A stretch of DNA of 64,000 nucleotides from Phyllobates terribilis (GCF_046119375.1 NW_027362768.1:14570001-14634000), one strand, 5' to 3'. Shown: positions 1 through 12,715, counted from the stretch's first letter. Notes: generated from the sequence alone by a model not told the origin. Translations and numbers: made by a program.

Positions 1-1181
1 CAGATTTTCATCTAGATTCAGTTCTGAGCTCTGGCTGGGACATTTCAAAATGTTCACCTTCTTGTGGAAAAGTCATTCTTTTGTTGATTTGGAGGTATGC
101 TTAGGGTCCTTGTTGTGCTGAAAAGTGAAATTCCTCTTCGTCTTCAGATTTAAAGCAGAGCCCTGAAGGTTTTGCTGTATGATTGACTGAAATTGAAAAA
201 CTGTTATGTTTTCTCTCCACCCTAACTAAAGCCACAGTTACAGTTGCCAAAAAAACAGCCCCAAAGAATAATGCTGCCTCCACTATGCTCCATTATGGGT
301 ATGGTGTTCTTTTTGTTATGTACATTTTTGCCAAACATACCTTTTAGAGTTATGGCAAAAAAAATTCCACCTTGATCTTATCTGACCTTAATTCGTTTTT
401 CCACATGCTTGTGGCAGAGTTGATGCAGGTTTTGGCTTAACAAACTGGCTACGATATTTTACTTTTTATGTTTTTCCATCTTGCCACCCTATCCTACAGG
501 TCAGATATATAAAGAATATGAGAGATTGTTGTCACAACCAGTTCTTGCCAGAAGTACCTGCAGCTTCTTTAATGTCTTTATTGGCCTCTTGGCAGCCTCT
601 CCGACCAATTTTCTTCATGTCTTTTCATCAATGTTTGAGGGATGTCCAGTTTTAGATAATGCCAAATTTAAGCCACTTCTTGATGACCATCTTCACAATG
701 TTCCATAATATATCTAATGCCTTGGAATTCTTTGTACTCTTCCCCTAACTGATAACTTTTGACAATGATATCCTTTTGCTGTGTTGTAAGCTGTTTATCG
801 GATATGGCTTGTGCTGTAATATGCAACTAATAAAATGTCAGGAAAATCCTACTAGAACAGCTAAACTTTTTATGGGCTTATTCTGAATCACTTAAAATGA
901 TAGCAGCTGTGTACTGACTACTATGTAAAACAAATTTAAATGTGATTGGCTTATTCTGAACACAACCGCATCCCCAATTATAAGAGACTGTTCACAGATA
1001 TGCAACCATAATTTTAGTTTTATTATATTTTCCCTCAAAATGATTTACCCTCAATGGATTTGTACAGATTATGGATGACATTAAAGATGGAAAAAGTTCA
1101 GAAATTTGTCTCCTTTTTAAGACAATTTTAATGGCATTTATGACATTTTAACAGGGGTGTGTAGTCTTTTTATATCCACAT
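1..1181 (-). mobile_element. Decayed Tc1/mariner transposon, runs off the window start
   Basis: Minus-strand Tc1-type transposase remnants (gatttggaggtatgcttagggtc; aaaacagccccaaagaataatgctgcc). Terminal sequence aggggtgtgtagtctttttatatccac at 1153-1179 resembles a Tc1 TIR. Confidence 0.7.
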
Positions 1182-1289
1182 TATAGATAAATACAGGTGT
1201 GGTAAAATGCTGCAAAGTATAAATGCTTTCAAACATAAATGTGTTGAAAGCTTATCTGTATCAATTAAAAACATGTAACGGAATGCTGA

Positions 1290-1500
1290 GTGAACAAAAC
1301 AGAAACTTAAATTAATATTTGGTGTGTCCGTCCTTTGCCTTCAAAACAACATCAATTCTTCTAGGTACACATGCACAAAGTCAGGGATTTTGTAGGATTA
1401 TAGACAGTTGTATGAGTAACCAATTATACCAAAACAGGCGATAATCATCATTTTCACATATGGTTGAAACACAGACATTAACTGAAACAGATACAGCTGG
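1290..1500. mobile_element. Tc1-derived non-coding fragment
   Basis: aatatttggtgtgtccgtcctttgccttcaaaacaacatcaattcttctaggtacac resembles Tc1 subterminal sequence; no ORF. Confidence 0.45.
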
Positions 1501-1509
1501 TAGGAGGAT

Positions 1510-2099
1510 TTTTATAGATCAGACTTTTATGAATGCAGCAATACAAAATAGGTGTATTTTTTATTGTTTTAATTTGTAATGGGGCAAAAATGAGGGTGAT
1601 TTGAACTTTTGTGTTTTTTAATTTAATTTATATTTTTAAAAACTTTTTTTTTTACTGTACTTGTTAGTATCATTAAGGGACTTGAAGCTGTGATCGTCTG
1701 ATTGCTTGTGCTATATATAGTGAAAATCACAGTCTTCTATGAATGCCAGCTACAGGCTGCCTTTCACAGGAGAATCGTAATGACAGACATAGGAGTCTTC
1801 TGCCGACCACCGGCTGTCCTGACATCCCACCAGCTACCTGCAATCACGTCATGGGCGCGCAGATTGGTGCGTGGAATGACGCGCCAGTGTGTGTTAAATG
1901 CAATTGTCACAGATACAGCAGCATTTAATGGGTTAACAGCCACGCGTGGAGCTCTGCTCCATCCTCGGCTATTAAAGGCACATGATGGATGATTAAATCA
2001 GCCATCACCTGCCGAAAAAGATGTGTGCTCATTGTGTGAGACTGCATCAAAGGCAGGAACATGACATATGATGTACTTGTACATGTTTTCAAGGGTTAA
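1510..2099. mobile_element. Partial TTAA-type (T2/Kolobok-like) MITE, right part
   Basis: Ends in aagggttaa (2091-2099). The internal T-rich and palindromic blocks are of the same style as the complete MITE at 39003-40272. Confidence 0.5.
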
Positions 2100-2114
2100 C
2101 CTTATGGGATATGC

Positions 2115-3023
2115 TAGAGGTGTATGTCAAATAGAGCAAGCCAATTAATAACAAATCTATTTTTTACAAATTGCTAAAAAACAATTCAGATTTGCAGAAT
2201 CACAATTTTTCAGGACTTGCCTCAAATGAATCCAGCAAAATTGCTGGCTAAAATTTTATTTGATTCTTTTGAGGGTCAGAAATAAAAAAAAGGTTATACT
2301 TATATGTCCTAGGCCTGCCACTCATGTGTCTTCCAAATGAAGCTCTTCGCTCAGTTTTCTCTTTGATATTCTTATTTTTCATCTCTTTGATCTTTGGTAC
2401 TGGTCTGCCGGTGCTGACTACACCACACATGACATCCATAATGTGCGTTGCGACCCACATTACTATGTGAGGCTTAGTAAGGGCTGGTTATGAATAACAA
2501 GTATCACTTCGAAATGCGCCAGCCTTAATTGTTAATCTTTTTTGGGACTTTTTCTTCTGATTAATTATGCCATTTTTTGTCACATGATTTTAACTGGACA
2601 CAAATAAATGTTTTACATTTTATGAAAGTGCTGGATCTACTATTATCTTTGGATTCCCTTTGTCGTGGACTTGAGATCCTTTGCACCCACTGGATAGGTG
2701 AGCTGATCATTTCTCTTCTAAGGGCTGGAAGATCCCAACCAAATAGTAGACTAAAGAGAAGACCAATCTGAAGCAAACACAGGATTTGGCAGGGAGCTGT
2801 GGCCTCAAAACAGGTGAGGGGCAGGCCTAAGATGGGTTAGTATATATTTTTAACCCCTTCCTGGTCCTTCATTTATTTTACTTTGGGGTCAAGTGAGACC
2901 TCACATGATGTCAATGACGTGTTTCATGCCCCACATGACCACATGAGGCAAATCGAATCTAATCTTCTGGCCAATTCGAGTGAATTTAACAGAAACAAAT
3001 ATTTGAATATTTGCTCATTTCTA
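2115..3023. mobile_element. Decayed non-autonomous hAT-type element
   Basis: Right end ttgctcatttcta (3011-3023) resembles the TAGAGATGAGC TIR of the large hAT. The left end is degenerate and no TSD was found. Confidence 0.35.
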
Positions 3024-4011
3024 ATGCCAAACTATTATGAGATAAGACTACTGTTGTAAAGTAAATCTAATTAATTCAGGCTTTTTTTGGTCAAGCATTT
3101 AACAATACCTCTATCATAGATCATGCCCTACCTTTGCTACTATCTTTGCAAATAACAAGGTATAAATATTTGAATTTTACATTAAAATAACATGAATTCC
3201 ATGCATGTAAGATGTGCTGAAAATTGTTTCTGCATTTGAGTCCTATTTCATGTATTGTGAAGACTTATTTCTGGAACAGATGATTCAGTATATTTGGTAC
3301 TTTGTGAACATCAGACCCCTTTTATCAATACAACTGATAATTCTCTGTATTGGCACTGTTGTACATACTGTTATTTGTGGTTTGAGACAATACAAAGAAG
3401 AACGCTAAGAGTTCATTCTATAAACATGACCACAAGATGAACAATTATCATACCTCACTCTCATTTCCATGCCATATAATTTGTAAATATTTAGCATAGC
3501 ATGTCATTTATTGAACAGACACCATGCAATTAACGCTTGTCACTTACACACACTTGATTGAATTGATTAGTGTACATCCAATTATGGTGATGAATGAATA
3601 GTGAAATTAACATCTACTGAAGCAGTAATTGTCAGATGATTAGAGTTGGTTATAGTGTGCAAACAAATGAAAATCCCTATTTATTTTGTTCTGATTTCAC
3701 ATCGTTAAATATGAGACTTTTTCAATACATAGACAAATCTTAAAGGGGTTCTCTGAGAATAGGAAAACAAATGTTAACCAAAGTAAATAAAGCTTTAAAT
3801 AAATTCCTACATTTCTTAATTAGCAAATTAAACTAGTTTTGTCTACATTAGTAAATAATTTAGAATTGAAATGGTCCTATCTTGTTATACTGAGTAAAAA
3901 TGGACCTAGAATGTTAAATAAGACAGGTGCCTGTGAGCATACATAAAGTAGTAGCCTCACTCCCTTTCTCCAAGAGTAAAAGAATGTGCTTCCTGTGGAC
4001 ATTCTGATACA

Positions 4012-5494
4012 CACTGCTCAAAAAAAATAAAGGGAACACTTAAACAACAGAATATAACTCCAAGTAAATCAAACTTCTGTGAAATCAAACTGTCCGCTTA
4101 GGAAGCAACACTGATTGACAATCAATTTCACATGCTGTTGTGCAAATGGAATAGACAATAGATGGAAATTATTGGCAATTATCAAGACACCCTCAATAAA
4201 GGAGTGGTTCTGCAGGTGGGGATTGCAGACCACATCTCAGTACCAATGCTTTCTGGCTGATGTTTTGGTCACTTTTGAATGTTGGTTGTACTTTCACACT
4301 CGTGGTAGCATGAGACGGACTCTACAACCCACAGAAGTTGCTCAGTTAGTGGAGCTCATCCAGGATGGCACATCAATGCGAGCTGTGGCAAGAAGATTTG
4401 CTGTGTCTGTCAGCGTAGTGTCCAGAGGCTGGAGACGCTACCAGGAGACAGGCCAGTACACCAGGAGACATGGAGGGGGCCGTAGGAGGGCAACAACCCA
4501 GCAGCAGGGCCGCTACCTCCGCCTTTGTGCAAGGAGGAACAGGAGGAGCACTGCCAGAGCCCTGTACAATGACCTCCAGCAGGCCACAAATGTGCATGTC
4601 TGCACAAATGGTTAGAAACCGACTCCATGAGGGTGGAATGAGGGCCCAACGCCCACTTGCACCCTGTGCACCCTGTGCTCTTCACAGATGAAAGCAGGTT
4701 CACACTGAGCACATGTGACAGACGTGACAGAGTCTGGAGATGCCGTGGAGAGCGATCTGCTGCTTGCAACATATTTCAGCATGACCGGTTTGGCAGTGGG
4801 TCAGTAATGGTGTGTGGTGGAATTTCCATGTGCTCGCCAGAGGTAGCATGACTGCCATTAGGTACCGAGATGAGATCCTCAGACCCCTTGTGAGACCATA
4901 TGCTGGTGCGGTTGGCCCTGCGTTCCTCCTAATGCAGGACAATGTCAGACCTCATGGGGCTGGAGTGTGTCAGCAGTTCCTGCAAGATGAAGGCATTGAA
5001 GCAGTGGACTGGCCCACCCATTCCCCAGACCTGAATCCGATTGAGCACATATAGGACATCATGTGTCGCTCCATCCACCAACGTCACGTTGCACCACAGA
5101 CTGTTCAGGAGTTTGCAGATGCTTTAGTCCAGGTCTGGGAGGAGATCCCACAGGAGACCATCTGCAACCTCATCAGGAGCATGCCCAGGCATTGTAGGGA
5201 GGTCATACAGGCACGTGGAGGCCACACAGAATACTGAGCCTCATTTTGACTTGTTTTAAGGACATTACATCAAAGTTGGATCAGCCTGTAGTGTGTTTTT
5301 CCACTTTAATTTTGGGGTGACTTCAAATCCAGGCCTTCATCGGTTAATAAATTTGATTTCCATTGATGATTTTTGTTTGATTTTGTTGTCAGCATATTCG
5401 ACTTTGTACAGAACAAAGTATTCAATGAGAATATTTCATTCATTCAGATCTAGGATGTGTTATTTGAGTGTTCCCTTTATTTTTTTGAGCAGTG
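4012..5494 (+). mobile_element. Tc1 transposon, near full length, transposase disrupted
   Basis: TIRs cactgctcaaaaaaaataaagggaacact and agtgttccctttatttttttgagcagtg, TA on the right flank. ORF pieces contain a paired-like HTH ([20 protein letters not shown]...), FTDESRF, MQDNVRPH and SPDLNPIEH. Confidence 0.92.
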
Positions 5495-5664
5495 TATTAC
5501 TGGAGATACTAGGAGTATTGAGCAAAGAGGAGGCAGCTCACTCTGCTGTCTACCCTGATTATCTTATGTAATTCTGGAGACACCATGAGTTAGAAGAGGC
5601 TGCTCACATTGTCTTTTTTATTTAATACTTGAGATACCAGGGATGCTGAGGTAAAAAGAGGTTG

Positions 5665-7240
5665 TGTTATGCCCCTGGATTCGATCTCTTGAATTTGTGG
5701 TCTGTGGTCGGGTTCTCTTTTGCCGAGCCACAGGAGACACACCTTTTCTCTGGGTGTTTGAGTTCTGCTATTCTGGTTACAGTATGTCTAGCTTAACACA
5801 GGTGTTCATTTAAACTGTTTGTCTGTACTATCACATTTCAAGTGCAGCTTTAAATACCTTCCCATACTGGCGTTTCCTGCTCGTAATAGACTTTTGTTGG
5901 TTTGTGTTGGTTGCAGTTGTTTTGTGTGATATTCCTTTACTCCTTAGGAAACTGATACTCTAGCGACCTAGGAGCTGCTAAGGACATTCAGAGTTAGCCG
6001 CCATCGAGTGAGGGCGCCATTGTGTTATCTTGGGATGCCAACTTTCGCAGTCAGGCAGGGTCAGATCAGGATCAGAGAAGGGCTTTTTCTTGTCAGAACA
6101 GGGACCTGTCAGATTCAGGTGGTTGCCTCCCTGGTTTGTACATTACCCTTATGAAACACTTTGGCAGTCATAACATTATCACCAGCCCACTGTATTATTT
6201 TTTTTGTGCTAAGTAGCCATCATAGTAGCTATCCTTGTCCTTGGGGGTGGCAAATATCAAGCAGCAATATCAGCATGTGCCGCGATGCAGGTTCTACAAC
6301 ACCTAAAACCGCCTTCTGAGCCTAAGGTAAATATGCTGGATTGATTCGACAGGGACCAAAGTAAGTTTTCTATCTTTCTTTCTTCATGTAAATAGTTTTT
6401 TCATCTCTGCCCTATTTCATCTGGAAGTGAGAGTCAACGTGTGGGTATTGTTCCGGCATTGCTCTGTGAGATCCTCAGGCCTGGGCATTTTCTCTGCCTG
6501 AGGATTCTCCAGTGCTTTCCTTAGTAGATATTTTTTTCTCTGCTCTGGGGCTTATTTATGATGACCCTGATAAAGTGGCAGATGCTGATTCAATGAACCA
6601 AAAGTTGGTTCAGGGAAAACATAGTGTGGAGGAGTACTGCTCTCAGTATAGATGCTGGGCAGTGGAGACCTCCTGGAATGACCCATCTTTCCGCAGTCAA
6701 TTTTGCCAGGGTCTTACTAGTCAGATACAAGATATGATGGCTTATGGTCCTTCCCCATTGTGCCTAGAGACCATTTCAGTGGCAGTGCATTTCATAAGAT
6801 GTCTTAGGGATAAGAAAAAATTTGAGGGTATTTTTGTAACTCCTTCCTCTCATTCTACTAAGGCAGGAGAACCGATGCAGATTGGGGCCTGCAGAGCTTC
6901 CAAGGAGGGAGAAAAACTTGAAACACCTGCTCGTTTCAGTCTATACTGTGGTAGAATGGGTCATGTAATGGTTCAGTGTTTCAGATTCAATAATGAATTT
7001 CTTAAAGCTAAGGAAAGAAAGTGTCACTAATATGTAAGGACACTGATTCTAAAGTTTTGAAGTTATCTCACATACAGACTGCTGGTTGTTTTTTTTACAA
7101 GTAGCGTTGGCTACCAAATCTGGAGCCATAGTCACCTATGCATTTGTTGATTCAGGTTCTGCCTTAGATCTCATTGACAGTGATTTTGCTGCCGAGTGTG
7201 GGTATACAGTTGCAACTCTTGGTCATCTGTTCAAGTAGCC
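5665..7240 (+). mobile_element. 3'-truncated Ty3/Gypsy (sushi/PEG10-like) retrotransposon: 5' LTR + gag + protease start
   Basis: LTR 5665-6175 begins TGTTATG and ends CATAACA. A Retrotrans_gag-like ORF follows, then a protease-like FVDSGS motif near 7144. Confidence 0.8.
6280..7030 (+). pseudogene. gag: Gag (retrotransposon gag domain plus degenerate zinc knuckle), frameshifted upstream of 6512
   Basis: ORF 6512-7030: LVQGKHSVEEYCSQYRCWAVETSWNDPSFRSQFCQGL, EPMQIG, and a knuckle remnant LYCGRMGHVMVQC. Confidence 0.75.
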
Positions 7241-9080
7241 GCTTAGAGGTTCTAAGGTAAGAAGAGGTAGCTAACACTGCTCTTCTTCATGTCTTTACGA
7301 TATAATACTGGAAATACCATGGGTGCTGATGTAAGAAGAGGCTGCTCATACTGCTGTCTACCATGTCTTTCTGTTCCAATACCTGAGATACCAGGAGTGC
7401 CGACATATGAAGAGGATGCTCACACTGCTGTCCTCACTGTCCTTCTGATCCAATTTTGGAAATACCAGTGGTGCTGAAGAAAGTAGAGGCTGCTTGCACC
7501 ACTGTCCACCTTGTCTTTCTTATCTCATACTGGAGATACCAGGGTGCTGAGGTATGAAAAGGCTCTTCACACAGTTTCCCTCCATGTCCTTCTGATCCAT
7601 TTTTGGAAATACCAGTGATGCTAAAGTAAAGTAGAGGCCGCTTACATTGCCCTCCACACTTTCTCTCTGTTGCAATGTGAGAGTGTGAACTGTGATAGCA
7701 GCAGGAGAGCATTAGGACCCTGGAGTTTTGCCTGGCTGAGGTCAGAGCAGGGGCAGATCAGGAGACCCTGTGTGTTCTCAGAGTGTCTGCTGTGTGAGAC
7801 GCTGGATGGGGTGTCTGAGGAGAACTACGAGGATTGAACTGCAACAAGACTCTCTCACTACAAGATTTCCTGTGGGGGTTGAACAAGTGCTGAGCTGGGG
7901 AAAGCTGTGTGGCTCTTTGGAGTTTTTTTTGGAAGTCCATGCTGAGTGACTAGAGACTTTGTGCTGAAGCAGCCAAATGTTGAGTGAGAGTGAAAGAGAC
8001 TGAGGATATCATCTCTGTGACGGAGTGCGTGGTCGGTGGTCTGGAAACAGTGAGTGACTGCGAGAGGAGAGAAGGGGTCCAGTACCATTCACATTGAGAG
8101 GATATTGACAAGCCTTGTGAAGAGTTCTTCCCAGACCTTAACCTGAGGCTACAGGACTAAAGTCCCCGGCGTGTGGGCTCGGCATCGGCCGACAAGACAA
8201 GGAACCTTTGCTGTTTTTGTGAACATTGCTTTTTATTTGGCGCCAAACTTTTCCCAGGACTAGCTGCAGCCACCGCGATTCACAGGCCTGTGATAGACCA
8301 CATCTGAAGTTAACGGTACCGCAACTTTAAGATATCCGGGTATCCCTGTACTAGGGGAATAAAAGCAATTGGTATAGTTTCATTAATTTTTATTGCTAAT
8401 AGTGGTAGGATTGTACTCAGTGTGCCATCTCAGGGATCCATATAGATCACCCTCACTAGATCGACACAGTGTTTGGGTAAAATTGTTCCAGATCTTTAGA
8501 ATAATTCACATAAACTGGAAACCTTGAGATTGGCACATTAATTTCAGCTTTTGCTGATTGTGTGTAGTTAGTAGAGACTAGTGTTGAGCCACCCCCGTAG
8601 TGTTCGAGTTCGGTTCGGTTCGTCGAACACCCGTGTGTTCGCCGAACTGTTCGTCGAACTGTTCGTCGAACACCTTCGAACACCGTTAAAACCAATGGCA
8701 GGCAAACAAAAACACATAGAAACACATAGAAAACACCTTCAAAGGTGTCCAAAAGCTGACAAACTGCTCAGAAGACACAACTAACACATGGAAAAGTGAC
8801 AAGTACATATAGTCATGCGAAAAGAAAAGAGGTGGAGGAGTAAAAGGAGGGGGAGACACAGATATAGGCATGTCATGCCCTTCTAAAATCCAAAAAGTGA
8901 GAAGCCGAGACGGCCAGTCCGCTCCTGCCCGTGCCACCTCCGTGTCGCCGGGTTTGTGCCAGAGCCGCGGTGAACCCTGACGGCCAGCCCCCCTCTCCCA
9001 ATACTGGTGCCTGTCCGCTGGTGGGTCGAGAGAGCCCCCCTGTGGTGGAGGCAGCTCTAAGCTTTTTAATTTAAATTGTC

Positions 9081-9386
9081 CCTCTAATTTGAATGAATAC
9101 ACTTTAAATCCATTTACAAGGATCTATTGGCGGGCAAGTCTCATGCCAGCAGCCGCGTAATTCCAGCTCCAGTAGCGTCCACTAAAGCTGCTGCAGTTAA
9201 AAAGCTTTTATAAGGATCGAGCTCGGCTGTCCAATGCAAGGCATCCTAGTGCCAGTCCCAGCCCCTATGCCTTGGGGTGCCTCCTGATGCTCTTCACTAA
9301 GTATCCCGTGGTCCCGAAGCATTTCCTTTGAAAAAATTAAGTGTCCAAACTACAGGTGGTGTAGCTTGCTTAACAGCCGGGATAAT
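9081..9386 (+). pseudogene. Decayed 18S rRNA fragment (helix 17-18 region into ES6/V4) carried by hAT copy 1
   Basis: gaatgaatacactttaaatcc...gatctattggcgggcaagtctcatgccagcagccgcgtaattccagctcc...gctgcagttaaaaagct...cccgaagcatttcctttgaaaaaatta is collinear with the recalled vertebrate 18S sequence, including the GCCAGCAGCCGC motif. Confidence 0.88.
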
Positions 9387-9460
9387 CCGCTGACTAGCAG
9401 ACACTGCTACTAGGCACAAAGTATTTCCTGGGCTAGATGCAGTTAAAAATTTGTAAGTAG

Positions 9461-11280
9461 ATACTCTCGTTGGATGCTGAGAAAGCATTCCATAGAGTCT
9501 CCTGGCACGCCATATATGATTCTCTTAAAAAGCTTGGGGTAGGGGTCTAGGGGACCCTTTTATAGCCAAAATCACGGCCCTGTATCACAATACGTCACCT
9601 AGGCTGAAGATAAATGGAACTGTAGCACCGAGGGCTCGGTTGCTACAGACGTATTGCACCTCACCCAGAGGTGTGATATCTCACTCTCAGATAAGGATGG
9701 AGTGTGGATCAGGACCCGACACCTGCATGCATTACACCACATTGCCGTGGGGCAGGGCGACCAATATGCCCCTGAGATGGGCACGACAGTCCCTGTCCCT
9801 GGCTGGAGTGGGGGGAGGGAACACTGAGGAAGGGGAACCCTGCAGTGCAGGAGCAGGGAGGAAGCAGTTCCTGGGTGCATTGAGAAGGGAGTATAAAAGG
9901 TGGGCACCATCTTAGTTCAGTGCAGAGAAGTCTGAGCAGAAGTGGCAGGGAGCAGGGGCTCTGCATGAGCTCTGCTCCGGAGGCGGGCCTAGTAACAGAG
10001 GCCCAGGCCTGCAAGAGGGAGAAGGAAGGAAGAGGAGCGGAGAAGGCTCCAGGAACGAGGAATGAAGGGATCCCAGGGGTGCGGACGGGCGAGTCGCCAC
10101 CGCACGCCCGAATCCACCTGCGTGGAGGGGTCAGGCCAAAGGGGGAGACCGGTCCCCGAACTAGTGGAGGCAGGAAACGACCCTCAGCTAGAAACCGGAG
10201 GCTCTGACATTTTATGTGGCGCAGCCCCTTGCTCCACCCGCTAGGAAGGCACCACATAGGGTCAGGGAAACTGGCGCCAAGTTTACCAAGAGGAGGCCCG
10301 AGGCAGCCGGACAGAAGTGTTGGTAAGAAAGGCCAGACAAAGGACACACAAAGGGGGTCCTGTGAAGCGCTCCAAAGTTATCTGGGAGTTGTCTGAGCCC
10401 CTCACCTGGTGAGCACAGTACGACGTGGGAAGCCGTTACCTGCAGACGTGGTCTGGATAATAAGAACTGTGAGTAAAGGCCCTGAACTGCATCACTGACT
10501 CCGTGTCGTTACTGCTGCTGCCCTGCACCATCACCCCCATCCTCCGCATACACTGCCCTGAGGCTATACTCCTCCCGTGGGGAGTTATGCTACGCTCTGC
10601 TGCACCCACAACACCAGCCTTAGCGGTCTGCCCTGTAGCGGCGGTTCACTCTGACCGCAATCCACGGGTGGCGTAGTCGGACATTTAAACATCAAAACCA
10701 CATAAATAGTTCCGCCACTGGTTTGACCGCCCTGAGCCACGGAACCGGATCGCCGCCACGAAGACTACAACCACCAGCATCCACCAAAAAGGGTCCGGCT
10801 CCGGGTGTCCCAAGGCCCAGGGGGTGCGTCAGAACATTTTCATCACCTTTCACAATCACCAATGGGACAAGGCAGGGATGTCCTCTGTCCCCTCTCTTAT
10901 ACATCCTAGTGACGGAGCACCTGCTCTCATCAATTCGCCATAACCCCAATATTAGGTGGATTGAGGTGGGAGGCACCGAGTACAAGTGCTCTCTATTTGC
11001 TGATGATGTCCTAGTATATATCACTCAATCACATATATCCATCCCTGCTGTTATGGCTGAAATAGATCACTTTGTTACATGGTAAAATTTTAAAATCAAT
11101 GCAGCGAAGTCTGAGGCCCTCGATGTCTCCCTCCCTAAATCCATATAGGATTCCATCCAGTCCAACTTTCCCTTTGCCTGGCCCTCACAGGGTATCAAAT
11201 ACTTAGGAATTCCTATTCATAGAGACCTCTCCCATCTATGTTATCTTAATTTTGGGCCCTTTATTGAACAATTCCATACA
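9461..11280 (+). mobile_element. L1/Tx1-clade LINE reverse-transcriptase fragment, split by a solo LTR
   Basis: LSLDAEKAFHRVSW before the LTR. After it: NGTRQGCPLSPLLY, SLFADDVLVY and GIKYL. Confidence 0.9.
9621..10831 (+). mobile_element. Solo LTR (1211 bp), homologous to the LTRs at 48883-52924
   Basis: TGTAGCA...GCGTCA ends; 4-bp TSD GAAC at 9617-9620 and 10832-10835. Removing it rejoins the L1 frame (RLKINGTFSSPF). Confidence 0.9.
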
Positions 11281-11353
11281 GACCACGGTTGGCAAGTTAG
11301 AACTGTAAGATTCACTACGTGAACCACTGGTGTTTTGTGGAAAAGCACATGTA

Positions 11354-12715
11354 CACCGCGTTCCAAATTATTATGCAAAAAGTGTTTAGGAGTGATAAGG
11401 GAAGAATTTGTTTGTTTGTCAGTTAAACTCATTGATGGTGATGTGTGTCAGGGCTCTTTATATCACTGTAAGCAATTGCAGACACCTGTGCTAATTAGTT
11501 TGGCAGGTGTGTCCAATGTAAGGCAAGACTACTTAAGAAGGCTCTCTCACATTATTAAGCAGCCTACATTTTCTGCCAAAATGGGAAAGAAAAAGGATGT
11601 GTCGGCTGCTGAGAAGCAACAAATTGTGGAGTGTTTAGGTCAAGGCATGACTACAATCAACATTGTGCGATGATCAGGATGAAGTGTCTTGGCAATCAAG
11701 AAGTATGTAGCTGATTCACAGTACACACGTGTGCGTGCTGATAAGGGCAAATTGAGGACTCTTTCCTACAGGCAATTACGTCAGGTTGAAACAGCAGCGG
11801 CAAAAAAGCCTTGTCATAGCAGCAGACAAGTTTTTGAAGCTGCTTGTGCCTCCAACGTCCCCCGAACAACAAGATGCAGGGTCCTTCAGAGGTTTGCAGC
11901 TGTGCATATGCCATCCTGTCGACCTCCTCTATCCACTTCACACAAGCAGAAACGGCTCCAGTGGGCCAAACATTACATGAAGACTGATTTCAAAACTGTT
12001 TTGTTCACGGATGAGTGCCGTGCAGCGCTCGATGGTCCAGATGAATGGAGTGGAGGATGGCTGGTTGATGGACACCCCACGCAAACACGGCTACAGCGCT
12101 AACAAGGAGGAGGTGGAGTAATGTTTTGGGCTGGAATCATGGGGAGAGAGATTGTCGGCCCCTTTAGGATCCCTGAAGGCGCTAAAGATGAACTCCATAA
12201 TGTATGTGGATTTTCTCAAACAGCACTTCCTGCCATGGTTCAAGAAGAAGAACCGTGTATTTCACAGCAAGATCATTTTTCTGCATGATAATGCACCATC
12301 TCATGCTGCACATAAAACATCTGCATCTCTGGCTGATATGGGCATAAAAGGGGACAAACTTATGGTGTGACCCCCATGCTCCCCTGACCTCTACCCCATT
12401 CAGAACCTTTGGAGCATCATTAAAAGGAGTGTCTATGATGGCGGGAGGCAGTTCACATCTAAGCAACAGCTCTGGGAGGGTATTCTGTCCTCATGCAAAA
12501 CAATTGAAGCAGAAACCATCCAAAACCTGACAAATTCAATGGACGAGAGAGTTCAGAAGCTCCTTTCGAACAAGGGGTCCTATGTGAAAATGTAACATCA
12601 CCTAGAATAAAGTTTTGAGTTGAAAACTGTTTGATTTCAGTTTCTAACAACCTGCTAATGCTTATAATTTCAAAAATGACCATTTTTTTGGTCTTTATTA
12701 AAATGAAAAGGTTGA
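11354..12715 (+). mobile_element. Tc1 transposon lacking its right end, inside hAT copy 1
   Basis: Starts TA|caccgcgttccaaattattatgcaaa. Transposase pieces MGKKKDVSAAEKQQIV, VLFTDEC, LHDNAPSH and SPDLYPIQNLW are broken by stops and frameshifts. Confidence 0.88.

Larger units (their letters stand above)
5497..7675. repeat. Degenerate ~73-74 bp tandem repeat inside the outer MITE (segments 5497-5664 and 7240-7675; resumes at 25932-26090)
   Basis: Motif tactggagatacc/ttttggaaatacc recurs at 7306, 7380, 7454, 7528 and 7601. Confidence 0.65.

Noticed and set aside
6176-6190. Self-priming site for the sushi-like Gypsy
   Set aside because: No tRNA-type PBS is visible, but I also found no clear complementary stretch in the LTR, so the priming mode cannot be called.
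9081-9386. Functional 18S rRNA gene
   Set aside because: Only ~300 bp, with substitutions and indels in invariant motifs and no flanking rDNA.
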